Shown here: positions 1-8,693 of the stretch, in pieces
Layout: each line of letters starts with the position of its first letter
Position numbering within the stretch: the first letter of the stretch is position 1
Source of the DNA: Burkholderiaceae bacterium
GTDB taxonomy: Bacteria > Patescibacteriota > Saccharimonadia > Saccharimonadales > AQU-01
Assembly: GCA_043788365.1 (NCBI GenBank)
Contig: JAYVTZ010000002.1
Coordinates: 51,208-115,207, forward strand
Direction: 5' to 3'
Length of the DNA: 64,000 nt
The notes under the pieces: model-generated
Databases searched by the model: none
What the model was told of the DNA's origin: nothing
Seen by the model: only the letters and a program-made list of their open reading frames with translations
Position numbers and translations under genes: made by a program

Positions 1-1369
1 AGAAATAGATTAACACCATTTGTGATAGAGCTAGGTACTGTGCGACAGATGCTTTTGGAAAACGCGACATGGCCGAGACAATATCTAACATATAGGTTAG
101 TAAAATACGTCCCGGCAGTGCTAACCAGCCAGAAATAGGCGCAATGAACATACCTGCCAGCCCAGCGACTAGACAGAATAACATGGCTAGTGGCACAAGC
201 GGTACTATTAATAAGTTTGCGAGCACTGCCACCATCGAGAATTTTCCGAAACTATACATAATGATTGGAAATGTCATAATCTGAGCAGCTAGTGTTTCAA
301 ACAATACTAGTATCAAAATTTTAGGTTTTTTATCTCTATAAAACTTTTTATGGAGCAAAGGCGCTATAACTAGAATCCCAAAGAAGGCCAAAAAAGATAA
401 GTACCAACCGACGTCATGCCAAACATATATTGGATAGGCGTAGCTCGTTATCGTCGCCGCTAGCATTATCAATACTATTGGGTTGAATGTTCTGCCGTAA
501 TACCAAGCCCAGAGACCCAAGACCCCAACAATCGCTGCCCGAACGATAGAAGCACTCAGACCGGCAAATAATAGAAACGCCTGTATCAACACCAGTGATA
601 AAATAGTACTTTGATATTTTGATCTTCTTTTTAGAAATAATCGTGCGGCATAAATTATTATCGTCAAATTGTATCCAGACACTGCCACTACGTGCGTCAA
701 CCCAACTACCGATAATTGTGTACTGACATATTTAGGGATTGTGGTGCGCTGACCAATGAGGAGCCCTAGGCCAAAAGATGCAATTGGCTCTGGTAGTGCC
801 GTACTAAGTCCAGATTCAAACCTTCTCCGCGATGACTCAATTATTGATTGGGAGTGTTCTATAAGGCTTACTTGTGAAAATGTCATGTTGGCCTGTTTCG
901 ACCCAAAACCTTTGCCCAGCCGACCAGTCACCTCTACCCTGTCACCGCGATAAATCATCGGTACCCCAAAACCTTTGACAGATATTTTGCCTGGCAATTG
1001 TACTAGTTCTGGCTCGACTAACCCTACATTACCGATATCAAATGCAATTTGCGAATGATCACTATAAATCGCATTGCTATCGCTCACCCCAATTATCTTA
1101 ACTGTATGATACTTGTATCTATCATATTTGAGTATACGACTCTTGAAGTTCTCGCCTCTAGCAATCCCGAGTAGTGAACCAATTACCATCACACTAATCA
1201 GAAATCTGCCCTTATAGCCCATTAGTCGTGGCAATAATGCAAGCGCCAGTATAGTCACAAACATCAAATAATACCTATAGCTTATATATACAAAAGCAAT
1301 ACCGATAGTTGTACTTAGCAGAAAGCTAGTAATAATGTAATTAGTAGGCAGCTTTTTAACATGCGTCAT
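1..1369 (-). CDS. comEC: ComEC/Rec2-family DNA-uptake channel, N-terminal ~456 aa; the gene continues past the window start
   Basis: Own translation of the minus strand from ATG at 1369 (MTHVKKLPTNYIITSF...) is open to position 1. It is multi-TM and carries a competence-domain-like motif GLTHVVAVSGYNLTI. It is absent from the ORF track because it is open-ended. Confidence 0.7.
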   Translation of the reverse strand, partial: MTHVKKLPTNYIITSFLLSTTIGIAFVYISYRYYLMFVTILALALLPRLMGYKGRFLISVMVIGSLLGIARGENFKSRILKYDRYKYHTVKIIGVSDSNAIYSDHSQIAFDIGNVGLVEPELVQLPGKISVKGFGVPMIYRGDRVEVTGRLGKGFGSKQANMTFSQVSLIEHSQSIIESSRRRFESGLSTALPEPIASFGLGLLIGQRTTIPKYVSTQLSVVGLTHVVAVSGYNLTIIIYAARLFLKRRSKYQSTILSLVLIQAFLLFAGLSASIVRAAIVGVLGLWAWYYGRTFNPIVLIMLAATITSYAYPIYVWHDVGWYLSFLAFFGILVIAPLLHKKFYRDKKPKILILVLFETLAAQIMTFPIIMYSFGKFSMVAVLANLLIVPLVPLAMLFCLVAGLAGMFIAPISGWLALPGRILLTYMLDIVSAMSRFPKASVAQYLALSQMVLIYF

Positions 1370-1445
1370 CCTACTAGGAACACTATATAAAAACGAGCGT
1401 GTTTAAAAACAGTTAAGCTTAATTAGTGCTAGAATTCATATTTTA

Positions 1446-2309
1446 TTAATTATGTGGGCTGCGTACGTAATTGACTACAACCGTTCCAACCGACTTAGCA
1501 ATCATCTCGCTACCAACAAATGTCGGCAACAACGGAGCTGGCTCAGTAAAAGTCTGTACCCAAGGCGAGACCGTGCAGAGTTCATGGTCTGCAAAGTTAA
1601 CATCAGCATACCTTGCGAACGAATAGTCCTTAACTACTTTTTTAATTGCTTCGTTTAAGGCGAATGTCCTGATTCTCCAAGCTGCAATTTCGGTTTCGTC
1701 AAAGCCTTTTAATTCCAAGCAACCGTTGTTATTTGCAGGAAGAATTTGATAATAGCCAGTAACTACTGTTAACGGTCGCTTGTCGTTATAATGCGCCTTT
1801 ATTTTGTCTAGTACCGTCTTCATTTCGTTACTCACATCATTAACTGTACTTTTGTAATTACTCAGGTCGCAGACGTTTTTCCTACAGTTTGTAAAGTCAC
1901 TTAGCAGCGAAAAGTTATTAACTCCAGCGGTGATTGATAATAAATCAGGCTTTGATTTTTCAAATACCTGTTCTAGTTGTGACTTAATCTTTGAGCTATT
2001 TTGACTTTCAGAATCAATCAAACCATCTTTTAGTTTTGCACCGCTACAAGAAACATTTTCAACAGTAAGATCAAGAGCAGTTGCCAAAATTGACGGATAA
2101 GCCAACCTGGTTCTACCACAGACATCTGATGTATTAGTATTGTCCAGTCCTCGACCGGTCGCAACCGCATCGCCAAGTGCGTAGTATATTTTTTTACTAC
2201 TTCCAGTATCTTTACTGCCATTAGAACTAAATATTCTTACTACAGCAACAAGGCAGACTATAACAATAATGATTGCAACCGCTCGCTTACCCTTTGACAC
2301 CTCTTTCAT
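1446..2309 (-). CDS. Membrane-anchored/secreted SGNH (GDSL-like) hydrolase-fold protein with degenerate catalytic motifs
   Basis: N-terminal TM helix. Block order is YYALGDAVATG / SCSGA / ITAGVNNF / ADHELC / LLPTFVGSEMIA, typical of actinobacterial-type SGNH lipases, but with GDS->GDA and HP->LP. Confidence 0.7.
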   Translation of the reverse strand: MKEVSKGKRAVAIIIVIVCLVAVVRIFSSNGSKDTGSSKKIYYALGDAVATGRGLDNTNTSDVCGRTRLAYPSILATALDLTVENVSCSGAKLKDGLIDSESQNSSKIKSQLEQVFEKSKPDLLSITAGVNNFSLLSDFTNCRKNVCDLSNYKSTVNDVSNEMKTVLDKIKAHYNDKRPLTVVTGYYQILPANNNGCLELKGFDETEIAAWRIRTFALNEAIKKVVKDYSFARYADVNFADHELCTVSPWVQTFTEPAPLLPTFVGSEMIAKSVGTVVVNYVRSPHN

Positions 2310-2394
2310 GTATAAAATAATACCATTAATGCTTATAAATTAACACAAATTTTTATATCTAGTTTAATCGTCATATTGGCACTATAATAATCTG

Positions 2395-2841
2395 ATGACT
2401 ACTGTAACTATCTGTTCAAGTGCAAACTTTTATAAACAAGCCGTCGAGCTGCAAGCCCTGCTAGAAAAAAAGGGCTTTAATGTTATTATTCCTGCCACTG
2501 CTGAAAAGATGAAACAATCCGGTGATTTTGACGTCGACCATTATAAAACTTGGTTTGGCGATGCCGAGGACTAGCACAAGAAAACAGCTCTGATGAAAGG
2601 TCACTTTAATGAGGTCGTAAAAGGTGATGCAATTTTAGTTATTAACAATGAAAAGCACGGCATTAATAATTACATCGGTGGTAATGTACTTATGGAAATG
2701 GCCCTTGCCTTCCATCTCGATAAACCAATTTATATATTAAATGAATTGCCCGACGAGTCATCATTCCTCGAAGAGATTATTGGTATGAACCCAACTGTTT
2801 TGCATGGCAAATACGAAAATTTAGATCACCAGCTAACTTAG
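2395..2841 (+). pseudogene. Nucleoside 2-deoxyribosyltransferase-like protein interrupted by one in-frame TAG at 2572..2574
   Basis: ATG 2395 (MTTVTICSSANFYKQAVELQ...GDAED*HKKTALMKGHF...) is in frame with track ORF 2593..2841. The C-terminal part (ILVINNEKHGINNYIGGNVLMEMALAFHLDKPIYIL) is family-typical. Confidence 0.6.
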
Positions 2842-3438
2842 TAAAATAGAGCCTCCGTCTATCTTTTTGATTAAATTTGAGTAAGTAGCTTCAACATCAT
2901 CAAGAATTGGTTCTATCTTAATGACATGGGCTCTTTCAGTTGCAACATCAATCATGTTGTCATACATTTCTGCCAATTTACGTTCCCTGCCGCTGCTGTC
3001 AATGATTCCACCAGACCTAAAGCCAGTTGGATTACCTTGCTTTTGCCCGCGTTTGATGAACCTATCTATAGCTTCTTCATTACTAACGATTAATAAAACC
3101 TCGTAGTAATCAGCATTACAGTTTTTTGCTAATCGTTCGAAGCGGTCAGCAAGTTCAGCAGTTTGGAGTATCTGCGGGATTACAACGTCATGTCCTGCAC
3201 GCAAGCTAATACGTGCCATCGCAATGGCCATTTTTTTAGAAAGGGGTGCTGATATATCTTTTTCTTGACGCCAATGACTCAACATAGCCCAAACATTGTC
3301 GACATCGAGGACTAGCGTTAATGGGTGTTCTTCGCCATAAAATTTGGCGAGCGTGGATTTGCCTATGCCAAGAGGCCCGTTAAGAATAATTAATTTTGGC
3401 TTCATCATGTTAATCATAACAAATAAAACGATTTCCAA
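2833..3438 (-). CDS. P-loop NTPase / small kinase-like protein
   Basis: Walker A in LIILNGPLGIGKSTLA. The true start is probably at the MMKPK/MKPK methionines (3408/3405). Confidence 0.6.
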   Translation of the reverse strand: MEIVLFVMINMMKPKLIILNGPLGIGKSTLAKFYGEEHPLTLVLDVDNVWAMLSHWRQEKDISAPLSKKMAIAMARISLRAGHDVVIPQILQTAELADRFERLAKNCNADYYEVLLIVSNEEAIDRFIKRGQKQGNPTGFRSGGIIDSSGRERKLAEMYDNMIDVATERAHVIKIEPILDDVEATYSNLIKKIDGGSILLS

Positions 3439-3474
3439 AGATGTATTAGTTAAGCTCCTGACTTCTATATGAAA

Positions 3475-3522
3475 CCCCAGTGAGACAGCGTCGGGCTACG
3501 CGCGGGCTAACTCACGATGTCG
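3475..3522 (-). repeat. tRNA-Lys 3' fragment (T-arm plus acceptor 3' strand) with a 23-nt insertion in the T-loop
   Basis: Plus strand ccccagtgagac[agcgtcgggctacgcgcgggcta]actcacgatgtcg compared with the intact gene gcccagtgagacttgaactcacgacaccc. Same sense as the tRNA. Confidence 0.6.
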
Positions 3523-3550
3523 TTTAGTTCAAGCCAGTGAATCAACCATT

Positions 3551-3581
3551 TAAAAAGACCCATCAAAGATGAGTCTTTTTA
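3551..3581 (-). terminator. Rho-independent terminator after tRNA-Lys
   Basis: Minus-sense AAAAAGACTCATC-TTT-GATGGGTCTTTTT, an 11-bp stem with one G-U, followed by a U-run. The arms are identical to the hairpin after tRNA-fMet at 38084..38111. Confidence 0.7.
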
Positions 3582-3583
3582 AA

Positions 3584-3660
3584 TGGAGGGCCCAGTGAGA
3601 CTTGAACTCACGACACCCTGCTTAAAAGGCAGGTGCTCTAACCAGCTGAGCTATGGGCCC
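3584..3660 (-). tRNA. tRNA-Lys (anticodon UUU), CCA encoded
   Basis: Cloverleaf read by eye: GGGCCCA TA GCTC AGCTGGTTA GAGC A CCTGC CTTTTAA GCAGG GTGTC GTGAG TTCAAGT CTCAC TGGGCCC T CCA. Confidence 0.9.
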
Positions 3661-3765
3661 GAATTTGGCATGTACTTCTCAGATTTTCCTTAAACGTTTA
3701 GTCTTTGCTGGTTTTTGGTTAGAGCACCAAGGTGCACATAATTTATTTTGTCCGCCTCGGCGGAC

Positions 3766-3785
3766 GCCAGCTGAGCTATGGGTTC
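3766..3785 (-). repeat. tRNA-Lys 5' fragment (acceptor 5' strand plus D-arm start)
   Basis: Sense GAACCCATAGCTCAGCTGGC compared with GGGCCCATAGCTCAGCTGGT (17/20). It is followed by hairpin GTCCGCCGAGGCGGAC. An inverted 13-mer tggttagagcacc lies at about 3716..3728. Confidence 0.55.
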
Positions 3786-3883
3786 TTGTTAGGCTGAGTT
3801 GTACTTATGTAACATTGCCGTAAAGGCGAAATTAACACCTTATATTATCTTGATTTTGGGTAAAAAGTCAATTATTTAACAGA

Positions 3884-4378
3884 TTACTTGTGACCTTTTT
3901 TCTTGCCGGTTTCAGGTTTTTTATGGGTCGACTTCATGAATAGTAGACTGACAAACACGCCTGAAGATACAATAAAGCCCTGCATGGCGTCTAGGAATGT
4001 CCATGCCTGAGTGTGCATAATGTTATCTCTAGTAGTGACTGAAATAAGCGGAATGACAGATAGCGCGACCAAAAGGCCAACTAACACTGACGGTAATAGA
4101 TTTAGAACCACTTTTGGACCAGTTGATCGTTTACGTAAGAGAAAGGTTGCGATTAAGGCTGGTAAAACTACCAGTGTAATGTTTAACGCTGAGGTTAGTA
4201 CCCCACCCTGGTGCGGGAAAGTTGAGTTGAGCACCAAATTAGCATCTTCACCAACAAATTTTAATAAAACTATTCCCGAACAAAGAGTCAAAAATACCGT
4301 TGCCGAATTAGTTCTAATTAGAAAAAGTAGTAACGTGGTTAAACCGACTATAAGCCCAATAATAATTAACGGCATCAT
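3884..4378 (-). CDS. Hypothetical multi-pass membrane protein
   Basis: 164-aa ORF with 4-5 hydrophobic helices and a lysine-rich C-terminus. Confidence 0.6.
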   Translation of the reverse strand: MMPLIIIGLIVGLTTLLLFLIRTNSATVFLTLCSGIVLLKFVGEDANLVLNSTFPHQGGVLTSALNITLVVLPALIATFLLRKRSTGPKVVLNLLPSVLVGLLVALSVIPLISVTTRDNIMHTQAWTFLDAMQGFIVSSGVFVSLLFMKSTHKKPETGKKKGHK

Positions 4379-4414
4379 ATCTATATGATAGCATGAGCGT
4401 TTTTAACAGTATCC

Positions 4415-4906
4415 CTATGGTAAACCTACTAGATCACCAACTTCGATGTTGTCGCTCAGTATATGTCCAGCATTCACTTCAATAACATACTTTGCCGGTG
4501 AACTTGGGCAATATGAATTTGGATATGTTTTTGGACTCAGGGCCTTCTCCATATAAACAATCTGTTTTTTATCATTTAGCCAAATAATGTCGAGTGGGAA
4601 ATTCATATCTTTCATCCAAAAACAGGCTAACGACGGGGTCTGAAAAATGAATATCATAGCCTTGTTATCTTGTAATGATTTTCGGCCTGATAGGCCCTTC
4701 TCCTGTAAAAAAGCAGTGTCTGCCCGCTCATAACGATAGGTCTTGCCGCCCATTACTAATATGTTGGGGTGTGAGACAAGCCCAAACTGATTATTACCAA
4801 CAATAAATAGACCAAGCCCACATATTATTATCAGTAGGCTAAGTAGTTTACGCGCCGATACGGTCTTTGCGACGCTTGCCTTTGGCATTCTGTTCCACGT
4901 ATTCAA
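4415..4906 (-). CDS. DUF192-domain protein with N-terminal membrane anchor
   Basis: MIFIFQTP...FWMKDMNFPLDIIWLNDKKQIVYMEK...YVIEVNAG matches the DUF192 (COG1430) pattern from memory. The 5' end overlaps the end of rimK. Confidence 0.65.
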   Translation of the reverse strand: MNTWNRMPKASVAKTVSARKLLSLLIIICGLGLFIVGNNQFGLVSHPNILVMGGKTYRYERADTAFLQEKGLSGRKSLQDNKAMIFIFQTPSLACFWMKDMNFPLDIIWLNDKKQIVYMEKALSPKTYPNSYCPSSPAKYVIEVNAGHILSDNIEVGDLVGLP

Positions 4907-5750
4907 TTATTTTTTCGGCAACATTGTGACCGGTAATTTTCTCAATAGCGAAACCTGGGCTAGCATTAACTTCTAGTACTAGTGGCCCACGGTCAGAGCG
5001 AATAATGTCGACACCAGCAATCGATAGGCCCATGGCTTTAGCAGCCTTGAGAGCAGCTTTACGCTCTTCATCGGTCAACTTTACGGGCGTACCCTCACCA
5101 CCAAGATGGATATTTGAGCGAAAATCGTCATCTAGACTTTGGCGCTTCATACTAGCAACAACTTTTCCACCAACCACAAAAGCACGAATGTCGGTACCGG
5201 CCGACTCGGCAATAAATTCTTGGACCAAAAAGCTCACACTCTCAACATAAAAAGCTTGCATTACCGCTTGGGCTGCCTTGCGAGTTTCGGCTAGTACTAC
5301 ACCATTGCCATGAGTACCGCGGGCCACTTTTATGATTAGGGGTGTTCCGCCGGCTTGGTCGATAACAGCGTCAAGGTCGGCAGTTTCACGGGCGAACACT
5401 GTCTTTGGGATATCAACACCGGCCTGCGCTAGTAGCTGGCTTGAGCGCAACTTGTCACGAGTACGATTGATAGCGATTGATTTTGAAGTTGTGAATATGC
5501 CCTGCATCTCAAATTGGCGCGAAATAGCCGTACCATACTTGGTTAATGCCGAGGATATGCGCGGAATAATCGCATCAATATCGTCTAGGTTTTCACCTTC
5601 ATAATGCACGACTGGGTTATTCTGTTCAATCGTTACGTAACACTTGGCATAGTTAACTACGATGACTTCATGGCCGCGCTTTTCGGCCTCTTCCTTTAGC
5701 CGTTTGGTCGAATAATTACCTGGGCCTTTAGATAAAATAGCAATTTTCAT
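4848..5750 (-). CDS. rimK: RimK-family ATP-grasp alpha-L-glutamate ligase
   Basis: 300 aa with the ATP-grasp layout: MKIAILS...STKRL, PLIIKVARGTHGNGVVL, DIRAFVVGGKVVASMKR, VLEVNASPG. Confidence 0.85.
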   Translation of the reverse strand: MKIAILSKGPGNYSTKRLKEEAEKRGHEVIVVNYAKCYVTIEQNNPVVHYEGENLDDIDAIIPRISSALTKYGTAISRQFEMQGIFTTSKSIAINRTRDKLRSSQLLAQAGVDIPKTVFARETADLDAVIDQAGGTPLIIKVARGTHGNGVVLAETRKAAQAVMQAFYVESVSFLVQEFIAESAGTDIRAFVVGGKVVASMKRQSLDDDFRSNIHLGGEGTPVKLTDEERKAALKAAKAMGLSIAGVDIIRSDRGPLVLEVNASPGFAIEKITGHNVAEKIIEYVEQNAKGKRRKDRIGA

Positions 5751-5768
5751 AATATGGAATCCTTTCGA

Positions 5769-6188
5769 TTACTTCGTAACAATATCACCTGCTTGATTTA
5801 CGTCAACTAGAAATTTATTTTTCCGTAAAAATCTGCGCCCAACTAACACTGGCCACTTCATATCACTTCGGTCGGCTAAACTAAGTTCGATTTTATAAGT
5901 CTCGCCTTTGATTTTTAGATCAGTCGTAATAAAAAAGCGGTGCTCGCTGCTACCATTAGAACTTTTAACTTTCTTAGTTACGTAGTCTGAGGTGGTAATA
6001 ATAATCTCTGGGTGGTCAAACGGCGAGAATCGTAGCGTCTTAATATTATCTAAAAAGAATTCTTCAACTTTGGTACTGTGCAATGCACCTGTGAAGGCAC
6101 CAGTATCAATCTTGGCCATGACGCGATCCATGCCGTACTCTGGGAAGTCGACGTACTCAAAGGTTTTTATGATGTTGACTGTGTCCAT
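5769..6188 (-). CDS. RimK-associated protease-like protein (COG4067, ATP-dependent zinc protease / retropepsin-like family)
   Basis: 139 aa: VDFPEYGMDRVMAKIDTGAFTGALH...WPVLVGRRFL. Sits immediately upstream of rimK in the same orientation. Confidence 0.65.
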   Translation of the reverse strand: MDTVNIIKTFEYVDFPEYGMDRVMAKIDTGAFTGALHSTKVEEFFLDNIKTLRFSPFDHPEIIITTSDYVTKKVKSSNGSSEHRFFITTDLKIKGETYKIELSLADRSDMKWPVLVGRRFLRKNKFLVDVNQAGDIVTK

Positions 6189-6233
6189 TACTAGAGTATA
6201 TTATGTCAGATTATAAGATATTAAGCGATGGGA

Positions 6234-6350
6234 TTATCGGTGAGCTTTCAAGACGCGCAAGAAAACTAGCACAAGCACCGTTACGACAATAACCAGTAAT
6301 GTAATCATCATAGGTATAAAGCCATCCTGCTTAGTCGTAAGCTTTTTCAT
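6234..6350 (-). CDS. Possible 38-aa single-TM peptide (MKKLTTKQDGFIPMMITLLVIVVTVLVLVFLRVLKAHR)
   Basis: Own translation; below the ORF-track size cut-off. The N-terminus is loosely pilin-leader-like (G-F-I-P...) but lacks Glu at +5. Confidence 0.3.
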   Translation of the reverse strand: MKKLTTKQDGFIPMMITLLVIVVTVLVLVFLRVLKAHR

Positions 6351-6394
6351 ATCTTAATTATTAACCACTGACTAGGTTTTGTATAGTGAGCTCT

Positions 6395-7120
6395 TTAGCT
6401 GAGGTTACGCTCATCTTCAAAAACAACACCCTCTTCCCTGAGCGCATCGTAACGTTGTCGTTTAGCGGCCTTCATTCGTTCCTGAGCTCTTACTAAGAAT
6501 GTCTCTGGGGTGTCGTCATCTTCAAGTGTAGTAATGCCGATATCCAGCCCTACTTTCAAGTCCTCAGACAAGCCGCTTTCTCTAACATTTTCCATAAAAC
6601 TACTGCTTAAACGCGCACTGGTTTGTTCGTCCAATTCTGCCTGTGTCTGATCTGGCATAGGTTCATATCCGAGAAATAACGCTGCATACTCGTCGCCACC
6701 AAAAGAAAAAGCTTGATCACCTTTTCGTAATATTGCCACAAAGGCAGAAGCAGCGTCGGTCTTCACCCTGTCACCAGCCGGATAACCGGCTCGTTCGTTA
6801 GTTCGGTGTAGGCCATTTACATCTGCAAAAGCAATTCCAATCGGAATTTTATTGCTTTTAGCAAATTCAATCACCTCAGGCAACCTTTCATCCAGTTTCC
6901 TTCGATTCCCAAGACCGGTCAGCATGTCTGTGTGGGCTACCTCTATTAAATCTCTGTTTTCATCATTTAACGTCTGAATAGCCAAGGCGGCCTCACCCAT
7001 AATATGTGCATAGCGACGGCGCTCATTATTAACGGCAGCGCGCACTTCTAATGGAGGAGTTGGAAGCAACTCAACTGGTATTTGGCGGGGCTCGTGATCA
7101 GTAGATGTCATTACAGACAC
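6395..7120 (-). CDS. GGDEF-domain protein (putative diguanylate cyclase, GGDEY variant)
   Basis: DMLTGLGNRRKL, ADVNGLHRTNERAGYPAGD, FSFGGDEYAALF and RAQERMKAAKRQR are in canonical GGDEF order. No recognisable sensor domain. Confidence 0.75.
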   Translation of the reverse strand: MSVMTSTDHEPRQIPVELLPTPPLEVRAAVNNERRRYAHIMGEAALAIQTLNDENRDLIEVAHTDMLTGLGNRRKLDERLPEVIEFAKSNKIPIGIAFADVNGLHRTNERAGYPAGDRVKTDAASAFVAILRKGDQAFSFGGDEYAALFLGYEPMPDQTQAELDEQTSARLSSSFMENVRESGLSEDLKVGLDIGITTLEDDDTPETFLVRAQERMKAAKRQRYDALREEGVVFEDERNLS

Positions 7121-7164
7121 ATTATATCATAATACTTATGTTTACACAAGTATTGGCTGACGAT

Positions 7165-8265
7165 TTACTTGAATAAACCGTGTTTTTTGTTGCCCTTGAA
7201 CTCTTCTAACAATTCTTGTTGTTTTTTGCTAATTTTAGTTGGTGTATCGACTGTTATCGTCACGATGTGACTGCCTCTTGACGTACCTTTTAGGTGTGGC
7301 ACGCCGTGACCAGAGAGCTTAAAGTCGGTACCACTCTGTGTGCCGGCCGGGACCTTCATTTTGATTGAGCCATCGACCGTTTCGACCTTAATTTCAGTAC
7401 CAAGCGTGGCGTCAACCATGTCGATATGTTCTTCACTTAGGACCAAGTCACCTTCGCGGGTGAAGTTTTTGTGGGCTTTAACGCGAATATTTACATACAA
7501 ATCACCTTTTGGTCCGTTGGCCACGGCTTCACCGTGTTCTCTGAGTCTAATTGTGGCGCCATCATCAATGCCGGCCGGAACTTTGAGACGAATTTCTTGG
7601 CGTTTTTCCTGAACGCCCTTACCTTTACAGACGCTACAGACCTTCTCAGGCACCTTGCCAGTGCCTTTACAGGTCGCACAAACACTGGCTTGCTGAATAT
7701 TGCCAAAGACTGTGCGCATGACACGCATAACTTGGCCCGAACCACCACAGGTATCACAGTTTTTCAGTTCATAGCCAGGCTCAGCAGTCGTGCCCTTACA
7801 GTGCTCACAAGTATCGTCTAGGTTTATTGGCAGGGTCTTCTCAGCTCCAAAAATCGCTTCTTCAAAACTTAGCTCGATTGCAGCTTCAACATCACGGCCT
7901 CTAGCCTGTCGACTTTGCCCCTGGCTACCGTCACCAAAACCACCACCGAAAAAGCTACCCAAAATATCACCAAGGCCGAGGTCACCGAAGTCAAAATTTG
8001 TGCTACCGCCACCAAAACCGGCGTAAGGGTTACCATCACTAGCGGCGCTACTACCGACACCGGCATGACCAAACTGATCGTAACGTTGGCGCTTGGATGA
8101 GTCTTTTAGCACCTCGTAAGCTTCGTTGATTTCTTTAAATTTAGCCTCATCACCACCCTTATCTGGATGATGTTCAACCGCAGCTTTTCTAAAAGCCTTT
8201 TTAACTTCATCAGCACTAGCTGACTTGCCAATACCTAATACTTCATAATAATCACGTTTTGCCAT
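7165..8265 (-). CDS. dnaJ: Chaperone DnaJ
   Basis: J-domain HPD (VEHHPDKGGD), G/F-rich linker, four CxxCxGxG zinc-finger repeats and the C-terminal domain. Confidence 0.95.
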   Translation of the reverse strand: MAKRDYYEVLGIGKSASADEVKKAFRKAAVEHHPDKGGDEAKFKEINEAYEVLKDSSKRQRYDQFGHAGVGSSAASDGNPYAGFGGGSTNFDFGDLGLGDILGSFFGGGFGDGSQGQSRQARGRDVEAAIELSFEEAIFGAEKTLPINLDDTCEHCKGTTAEPGYELKNCDTCGGSGQVMRVMRTVFGNIQQASVCATCKGTGKVPEKVCSVCKGKGVQEKRQEIRLKVPAGIDDGATIRLREHGEAVANGPKGDLYVNIRVKAHKNFTREGDLVLSEEHIDMVDATLGTEIKVETVDGSIKMKVPAGTQSGTDFKLSGHGVPHLKGTSRGSHIVTITVDTPTKISKKQQELLEEFKGNKKHGLFK

Positions 8266-8654
8266 CAGTTAGTATCTCGTTTCTTGTTGCTAGTATCTCG
8301 TATATGCCTAGACAGACCGTTTATCAATTTATGAACCTCTATTGACTGATTGCTAAGACTTAGAAAATATTTTTTTGAAATCAACTTCAATTCAGCACAT
8401 AGAATAAGCTGGTCCTGTACTTCAGTCAATGAACCCCTGGCAATATTATAGAAATTTAGTTTTTCCTTGGAGCTGTTACGCCCAAACCCCTCGGCAATAT
8501 TTGAAGCCACTGAAATCGATGAACGCTGGAGTTGCGTTCCCAGACCATATTGGTAAACTTGCGGGAAGGTTGCTGTGTGCTGAATTATCTCTATGCGTAG
8601 TGTGTGAGATTTCTTCCAGGCATTCAAATCAACAAAACTCTTTATTGTACTCAT
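8265..8654 (-). CDS. Four-helix-bundle protein (23S rRNA intervening-sequence protein family)
   Basis: LNAWKKSH...QLQRSSISVASNIAEGFGR...FYNIARGSLTEVQDQL is family-typical. Its TGA overlaps the dnaJ ATG (TGATG). Confidence 0.75.
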   Translation of the reverse strand: MSTIKSFVDLNAWKKSHTLRIEIIQHTATFPQVYQYGLGTQLQRSSISVASNIAEGFGRNSSKEKLNFYNIARGSLTEVQDQLILCAELKLISKKYFLSLSNQSIEVHKLINGLSRHIRDTSNKKRDTN

Positions 8655-8693
8655 ACTAAATACTAGAAACTAGCTCCTATATACTGTTATATT

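Noticed and set aside
2572-2574. Possible reassignment or read-through of TAG.
   Set aside because: TAG also terminates the same ORF (2839..2841) and hrcA, and no other in-frame TAG was seen in conserved genes of the window. A simple nonsense mutation or an error is more likely.
8265-8654. The four-helix-bundle protein as the Avd component of a diversity-generating retroelement.
   Set aside because: There is no reverse transcriptase ORF and no template/variable repeat pair visible nearby. The gene is embedded in the dnaJ operon.
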